Assembly (NCBI GenBank): GCA_947624885.1
Contig: CANQMD010000002.1
Location: forward strand, 1 to 43,143
Origin: an uncultured Clostridia bacterium
GTDB lineage: Bacteria > Bacillota > Clostridia > Christensenellales > CAG-917
Length of the DNA stretch: 43,143 nucleotides
Direction: 5' to 3'
Position numbers and translations under genes: made by a program. The notes beneath the pieces are model-generated. The model made no database searches, was not told where the DNA came from, and worked only from the letters and a program-made list of their open reading frames with translations. This document shows, piece after piece, positions 27,275-32,395 of the stretch. Within the stretch, counting starts at the first letter, position 1, and each line of letters opens with the position of its first letter.

Positions 27275-27390
27275 CGCGACAACGATCTTGCCGTTCCTGA
27301 AAACAGCAAACGGCTCATCAACAAACAAATTTGCACGACGATCAAGCCTCGCAACAGACAAAAACAGTGCGACGATCAAGCCGTTTTGCA
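27275..27390. repeat. Three degenerate direct repeats carrying CGAC(A)ACGATCwwGCC
   Basis: GCGCGACAACGATCTTGCCGTT (about 27275), GCACGACGATCAAGCCTCGC (about 27333) and GCGACGATCAAGCCGTTTTGC (about 27369), each followed by an ACAG/AAAACAG block. They lie upstream of the dnaB-like gene. Confidence 0.55.
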
Positions 27391-27502
27391 CAACTTCGGG
27401 CATGCCCACGCAGATTTGTTTGAAGCGTCTGCAAAGTCGGGCGGCAAAAATTCAACGCGCCGCTCGCTTGCCATATTGCGCGATGTGTGCTATTCTATTG
27501 CC

Positions 27503-27787
27503 ATGAAGATCTGGGCAAAAGTGATGAAAGGCGACAAAATCTTGCGCAACGCGATCTATGAGGACGGCGCGGGGCTCAATCCCGCCTCCTACAAACGCGC
27601 GTTGCAGGATGTGTGTTACACGCTTGACGTGTCCACTCCCGTCACATTGCCATCGCATTACAAGCATTTTGAGCGTTTCAACCGCGTCAAATATCTCCCG
27701 CGCGACTTTGTTGAGGACGTGGATTTCACCGCCTACATTCTTGAGCGCGTGGTGGAAAAGAAAAAGCCCGAAAATTATCTTGTCTGA
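27503..27787 (+). CDS. Small hypothetical protein (94 aa)
   Basis: The ORF has ordinary amino-acid composition (MKIWAKVMKGDKILRNAIYEDG...). There is no SD sequence. A TTGCCA-17-TATTCT promoter-like pair ends 6 nt before the ATG, so the mRNA may be leaderless. Confidence 0.4.
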   Translation: MKIWAKVMKGDKILRNAIYEDGAGLNPASYKRALQDVCYTLDVSTPVTLPSHYKHFERFNRVKYLPRDFVEDVDFTAYILERVVEKKKPENYLV

Positions 27788-27903
27788 CGCTTTATCCGCC
27801 GCATTTTTGCGATTGCTTAACTTTTTTTCTTTATTTTCGTCTTATCCGTCGTTTTGCGTCTGTCCGCCCAAAGCGTTAAAGAGGGCGAAAATGAACGCGG
27901 TTG

Positions 27904-27932
27904 TTGACTACGCGCGTGCGAAGTGTTACAAT
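27904..27932 (+). promoter_or_regulatory. Sigma-A-type promoter of the LRR lipoprotein gene
   Basis: TTGACT (27904-27909), a 17-nt spacer, then TACAAT (27927-27932). This leaves a leader of about 145 nt. Confidence 0.55.
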
Positions 27933-28081
27933 TACTATGTATGCAGGCAAATATGTCGCGCAAAGGGCGCGTGCAATCCTGCAAAACCGACATGCGCATA
28001 TTTGCGGCTCAACGTTTTGTGCGCCAATGTCGGCGCGTAGATCATACAATAAAGGGCAAAGCCCAAACAAGGAGAAAACAT

Positions 28082-30931
28082 ATGAAACGAAAAGGCAAAA
28101 TCTTGATCGCCCTGCTTGCGACAGCGTTGTTGCTGTGCATAGCAATCGTCACGCTTTCGGCGTGCGGCGACAGAGATGGCGCAAACAGCACGCACCAACA
28201 CACGTTTGCGGAGTCGTGGTCCAAAAATGAGGATGGTCATTGGCACGCCGCCACGTGCGAACACACCACCGAAAAGAGCGACAGCGCGGCGCACAACTTT
28301 GAATGGGAGGATATCACGGTCGCGACCTGCACGCAAAAGGGGCTCAAAAAGGGCACCTGCGGCGTTTGTCAATACGAAACGTATCAGCCTACTGAAATGT
28401 TGTCGCACATTCTCGTCCCAAGTTGGAGTTGGACAAGCGGCACCATAACGGCGACGCTCAATATGACCTGCAGCAAGTGCGGCAACGTCATTGAGGCTGT
28501 GCCCGCGACGATCACATCCATCACGGACAGCGATCAATGTGCGGACTTCACTTTGTACACCGCTTCCGCCGAGTATGCGGGGCAGACCTACACCGAGCAA
28601 AAGAGGATCGAAACATACAGTTATCACACCTACGTGCTTTCGGAGTGGAAGTGGGCGGCAGATATGTCCTCCGCCGCAATGGAAATGATTTGCAACAAGT
28701 GCAACAGCGCGACCCTCACGGTTGGCGCAAACGTGACCGGCGTTGAAGGATCCGACGAATGTTCCGATTATGTCACCTACACCGCGACGGCGGCGTATGG
28801 CGGCGAAACTTTTACCGACGCGCAAAAGGTGGAAACTTCAAGTCACCATGCCTACGCCTTCTCTCAATGGAAGTGGGACGATGATTTTTTGGGCGCGATC
28901 GCGGTTTTCGTCTGCGACAGAGATGATTCGCACGTCTTTGAAACGGAGCGAATTGCGTCCGTCGTAAGCGGGCACGCTGATCCCGACTGCGTCACGGACG
29001 GATATGATGATTATCTGGTCAGCTACGTTTTTGACGGCAGGACCTATGAGGGATCTCAACACAAGACCATCTCAAAACTCGATCATGATTTCAACACGCC
29101 TTGGCTTCACGACGCCCAAAACCATTGGCACAAGTGCTCGCGTTGCGACGTGACGGACGCACAGATCGCGCACACCATGGACGGCAAATATGTCTGCGTG
29201 GAGTGCGGCTACACAACTTCCACATCCACAAGCGAATTCACTTTTGTCGCGACGCAAAACAACGCGTGGAAAGTGACAAAGTACAACGGCAACCAAAGCA
29301 GCGTGATCATTCCCGCCGCATATGACGGCAAAGATATTGTTGAGATCGGCAATTCCGCCTTTGAAAACAACTCCACGTTGACAAGCGTGGTGATCCTCAG
29401 CACCGTGACAAGCATAGGCGACAGAGCGTTTTACGGTTGCTCCGCTTTGCGCACGCTCACGATCGGCGACAATGTCGCAAGCATAGGCGCTTCCGCTTTT
29501 GAGGGATGCCCGATTAACACCGTGACCTATCCCGCTTCGGCGATAGAGTCCGTTCCAAAGGGAAGTCTGACTCAAGTCACCGTCACAAAGGGCGATATCG
29601 GCGACGAAGCGTTTGCAAATCTCGGCTTGCAAATTGTCACCATCGGCGAAGGCATACAAACCATAGGCGATTCCGTATTCAAGGATTGCGTCAGCTTGCA
29701 TACCGTCAATTGGAATGCGACGCGCTGCCAAGATGTCGGCGGAGAGATAGTTGCTGACCCGTACAACAGGACAATAAATTATATTTTCTGCGGTTGCACA
29801 AGTTTCGCTACGTTGAATGTGGGCGCAAACGTTCAATATTTCCCCGGTTATACGTTTTATGAGTGCTATTATATAACCAAAGTCAATTTTCTCGGCACGC
29901 TCAAGCAGTGGTGTTCGATCGAACTTGGGAAGTACTACAATGCGATCAACAGTTCTGCCTCTCCGTTGTATGTATCAAACAGTCCCGATTCCGGAAACAG
30001 CGATGACGATAAGGCAAAATTGTATTTGAACGGCGAATTGTTGACCGAAGTCAGCGGGCTTGACGGGCTGGAAACCATCACAGATTATGCGTTTTACGGC
30101 TTGACCGATCTGATTTCCGTCACTATCCCCGACAGCGTGACCAATGTCGGCAGGGAAACTTTCAATCGTTGCGAAAATGTAAAAACGCTCACCATCGGCA
30201 AAGGCGTACAAAGCATGTTCCAATGGACTTCTTCCAATTCAAAATTGGAAAAAGTGTATTACACGGGTACGCTCAGGCAGTGGTGCGAGATCGATTCGCC
30301 GTATTCTTCACCCAATTGTCTTTCTGCACGTCAGCCGGATTACGGAGTAATTAGATTGTATATCCAAAATCAGCCTGTGACCGAAGTCAGCGGGCTTGAC
30401 GGATTGGAAACCATTCCCGCATACGCATTTTACGGGCAGACCGCTCTGACCTCCGTGACTCTTCCCGACAGTTTGCAAACCATAGGAAACTATGCATTTA
30501 CAGGTTGCGGAATAACGTCTGTCACCATTCCCGGAAATGTGACGAACATCGAACGGAATGCATTCCAAGACTGTGAAAATTTGCTGTCCGTCGATCTTGT
30601 GTGCGCGGAGCAAGCGAATATAGGGTTGTATGCATTTTTCGGGTGTACGTCTTTGAAGACCGTTATCATCGAAAAGAATGTGCAATCACTTGATCGTTAC
30701 GCATTCGCGGGCAGCGAAAATTTGAAGGATGTTTTCTTTGAGGGGACAAAGCAGGAATGGACTGACAGGAGCTTTAGCAAAGCGTTCACGGGCTATGAAA
30801 AGCTGGACGTGAAGTACTATTACTATCGCGATGATTATCCGTATGAAAATTCCTCTCCCGTTGTCGGCGAGTATTATTGGCATTGGGATGAGGACCTCCA
30901 CATCCCCGAGGTTTGGGAAAAGCAGTATTGA
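28082..30931 (+). CDS. Large surface lipoprotein with Cys/His-rich modules and BspA-type leucine-rich repeats
   Basis: I prefer the ATG at 28082, after AAGGAGAA, and the lipobox is TLSAC. Three tandem modules of about 75 aa occupy nt 28403-29077 and are bracketed by HWH..C motifs. The C-terminal roughly 500 aa consist of LRR_5/BspA-like repeats (pattern IGNSAFENNSTLTSVVI..VTSIGDRAFYGCSAL). Confidence 0.85.
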   Translation: MKRKGKILIALLATALLLCIAIVTLSACGDRDGANSTHQHTFAESWSKNEDGHWHAATCEHTTEKSDSAAHNFEWEDITVATCTQKGLKKGTCGVCQYETYQPTEMLSHILVPSWSWTSGTITATLNMTCSKCGNVIEAVPATITSITDSDQCADFTLYTASAEYAGQTYTEQKRIETYSYHTYVLSEWKWAADMSSAAMEMICNKCNSATLTVGANVTGVEGSDECSDYVTYTATAAYGGETFTDAQKVETSSHHAYAFSQWKWDDDFLGAIAVFVCDRDDSHVFETERIASVVSGHADPDCVTDGYDDYLVSYVFDGRTYEGSQHKTISKLDHDFNTPWLHDAQNHWHKCSRCDVTDAQIAHTMDGKYVCVECGYTTSTSTSEFTFVATQNNAWKVTKYNGNQSSVIIPAAYDGKDIVEIGNSAFENNSTLTSVVILSTVTSIGDRAFYGCSALRTLTIGDNVASIGASAFEGCPINTVTYPASAIESVPKGSLTQVTVTKGDIGDEAFANLGLQIVTIGEGIQTIGDSVFKDCVSLHTVNWNATRCQDVGGEIVADPYNRTINYIFCGCTSFATLNVGANVQYFPGYTFYECYYITKVNFLGTLKQWCSIELGKYYNAINSSASPLYVSNSPDSGNSDDDKAKLYLNGELLTEVSGLDGLETITDYAFYGLTDLISVTIPDSVTNVGRETFNRCENVKTLTIGKGVQSMFQWTSSNSKLEKVYYTGTLRQWCEIDSPYSSPNCLSARQPDYGVIRLYIQNQPVTEVSGLDGLETIPAYAFYGQTALTSVTLPDSLQTIGNYAFTGCGITSVTIPGNVTNIERNAFQDCENLLSVDLVCAEQANIGLYAFFGCTSLKTVIIEKNVQSLDRYAFAGSENLKDVFFEGTKQEWTDRSFSKAFTGYEKLDVKYYYYRDDYPYENSSPVVGEYYWHWDEDLHIPEVWEKQY

Positions 30932-31070
30932 TACCCCTCTGCACTCGACTAGTGTCGTTGACATAATGATATCCACCAACCTCAGGCGTGGGGAAAGCAG
31001 TATTGATACACCTCTGCAGTATTAGCACGATGATTCCCACAAACTCAAAGTGTGGGCAAAACAAGACGGA
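30895..31070. repeat. Tandem duplication of the 3' end (including the stop codon) of the LRR gene
   Basis: GGGAAAAGCAGTATTGATACCCCTCTGCA (30915-30943, containing the TGA at 30929-30931) recurs as GGGGAAAGCAGTATTGATACACCTCTGCA (30990-31018), about 27 of 29 positions identical and 75 bp apart. A weaker third copy lies near 31035-31070. Confidence 0.75.
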
Positions 31071-31110
31071 TGACCTTTTGAAGTTTGGATCATCTCCCGT
31101 CAAAAACAAA

Positions 31111-31138
31111 ATTGCGCCGCTCATATGGGCGGCGCAAT
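31111..31138. other. 10-bp perfect hairpin (possible terminator without a U-tract)
   Basis: ATTGCGCCGC (31111-31120), an 8-nt loop, then GCGGCGCAAT (31129-31138). Confidence 0.5.
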
Positions 31139-31437
31139 GATATTCCAAAAATCGCCGCTTACTTTTCAAATCCCAAAAAACGATGTCAAACAGCAATGTG
31201 TTTTGCGGATCCGAAAAAATGAGGTTGAGCAATGGTGCTTTTTCAAATCTCCAAAAATTGAGGTTGGGCAACAGTGTTTCACAAATCCCAAAATCGAGGT
31301 TGAACATCGCCGCTTTTTTCAAAGCCAAAAATCGAAGTCGAACAGCGATGGTTTGTGAGAATTTCAAAAATAGGGTGTTGAAAAGCGCCATTTTTTGCAA
31401 CTTCCAAAAAAAATAATACTAGACAGTGGTTTTTTTT
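31139..31437. repeat. Degenerate tandem array, 38-40-bp unit, about 7.5 copies
   Basis: Unit starts are at 31167, 31206, 31244, 31282, 31320, 31359 and 31398, with a partial unit at 31139. The consensus is roughly CAAATCCCAAAAATCGAGGTTGAACAGCGnTGnTTTTT. Confidence 0.8.
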
Positions 31438-31440
31438 CAA

Positions 31441-31605
31441 ATTGTCAACCAAAAAGTGAAAACTCGGTTGACAATCGCATTTTTGAGGCGTTTTTGGGGC
31501 AAAAATTATGCAACTTTTTTTTGCGTTTTTGAGGGCGTTTTTCCCCAAAAAAACCTCTCCTTTCCCCAATTGTCAACCGAAGTTTGGAGTTTTGGTTGAC
31601 AATTG
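31441..31605. repeat. Pair of hairpins with identical arms (ATTGTCAACC/GGTTGACAAT) flanking a T-rich core
   Basis: H1 is 31441-31475, with 10-bp arms and a 15-nt loop. H2 is 31567-31605, with 12-bp arms CAATTGTCAACC/GGTTGACAATTG and a 15-nt loop. Between them lie the direct repeats GCATTTTTGAGGCGTTTTTGGGG and GCGTTTTTGAGGGCGTTTTTCCCC, and a 9-bp complementarity TTTTTGGGG (31491-31499) / CCCCAAAAA (31543-31551). Confidence 0.8.
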
Positions 31606-31660
31606 CCGATTTCATAAGCCTTTTAGTAGGAAATTTCGTGTCATTTTGTTTTTTTGAAGC

Positions 31661-31840
31661 GATCCGTTTTGAAAATCCGACATGACGGCGCGATACTTCC
31701 GACGTTTCGCATAATTTGGTGTTACAAAACGATCCTTCTGATGTTTCGCAAAATCCGGCATGACGGAACGATCATTTCGATGTTTCGTATAATTCGGTGT
31801 TACGGATCATTCCTATGTTTCGCATAATAGTTTCAAAGCG
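31661..31840. repeat. Degenerate 39-bp tandem array directly upstream of spoVT, each unit with a -10-like box
   Basis: Units start at 31661, 31692, 31731, 31770 and 31805. The consensus is GATCnTTCnnATGTTTCG(C/T)ATAAT, followed by one of two alternating tails (ATCCGnCATGACGG or TTnGGTGTTAC). The last unit has CATAATA (31823-31829), 42 nt before the spoVT ATG. Confidence 0.75.
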
Positions 31841-31870
31841 GGACAAACTATCCTCGATTTGGAGGTAGTT

Positions 31871-32395
31871 ATGTCGGCAGGGATAGTCAGACGTATCGAT
31901 GAACTTGGACGCATTGTCATACCCAAGGAGTTGAGGCGCACAATGCGCCTGAAAGAGGGCGATGAAATGGAGATCGCCGCAGACGGCGACGCAATCACGC
32001 TGAGGAAGTACAGCGGCTTTGAAAGCGTGCTTGCGGCGGCAAAGGCGGTGAGCAAGCTGCTTGCGGACTCGCTTGACGCGGACGTGCTGTTTGTCAGCCC
32101 GGAAGGCGTTGCCGTTGCGGAGGGCAAAAACAAAAAGAACTACAGTGGAGCCACGCTTTCAGACGCTTTTCAGGGCATTGTCCGCGCACGCAAAAAGGTT
32201 GTTTTGCACGGCGATCAGCTGCAAAACCTGTTTGACGGCAGGGAGGTCGCGGCAAAATACCTTGCGCTGGAGCCTGTTGTTGTAAACGGCGATCTTGTGG
32301 GCGCGGCGGCGCTGTTGCAGGACGTGATGCCAAGCGACATTGCGGGGGCATATCTGCACTTTTGCGCGGAACTGATTGAGGCGGCGCTGGCGTGA
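31871..32395 (+). CDS. spoVT: Stage V sporulation protein T (AbrB-family regulator)
   Basis: 174 aa. The N-terminus GIVRRIDELGRIVIPKELRRTMRLKEGDEMEI closely matches B. subtilis SpoVT (GIVRRIDDLGRVVIPKEIRRTLRIREGDPLEI). A C-terminal GAF-like part is present. I prefer the ATG at 31871, after GGAGG. Confidence 0.9.
   Translation: MSAGIVRRIDELGRIVIPKELRRTMRLKEGDEMEIAADGDAITLRKYSGFESVLAAAKAVSKLLADSLDADVLFVSPEGVAVAEGKNKKNYSGATLSDAFQGIVRARKKVVLHGDQLQNLFDGREVAAKYLALEPVVVNGDLVGAAALLQDVMPSDIAGAYLHFCAELIEAALA

Noticed and set aside
30786-31416. ORFs crossing the 39-bp array (30786-31400 on the minus strand; 31125-31358 and 31183-31416 on the plus strand), read as genes for 13-aa-repeat proteins.
   Set aside because: Three different frames are open over the same repeats, which points to low-complexity sequence that lacks stop triplets. 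There are no RBSs, and the minus-strand ORF also overlaps the 3' end of the LRR gene. A pseudogene origin cannot be excluded.
31795-31829. A complete sigma-G (or sigma-F/E/K) promoter for spoVT.
   Set aside because: CATAATA fits the sigma-G -10 pattern. The sequence 17-18 nt upstream (GTTACG/TTACGG) does not resemble the -35 element (GnATA-like), and the sigma-E and sigma-K spacings also fail. Only the -10-like box is reported.
31139-31840. Interpreting the 39-bp arrays as a CRISPR array.
   Set aside because: The repeats are only about 60-75 percent identical to one another. There is no alternation of a conserved repeat with unique spacers of similar length, and there are no cas genes in the window.
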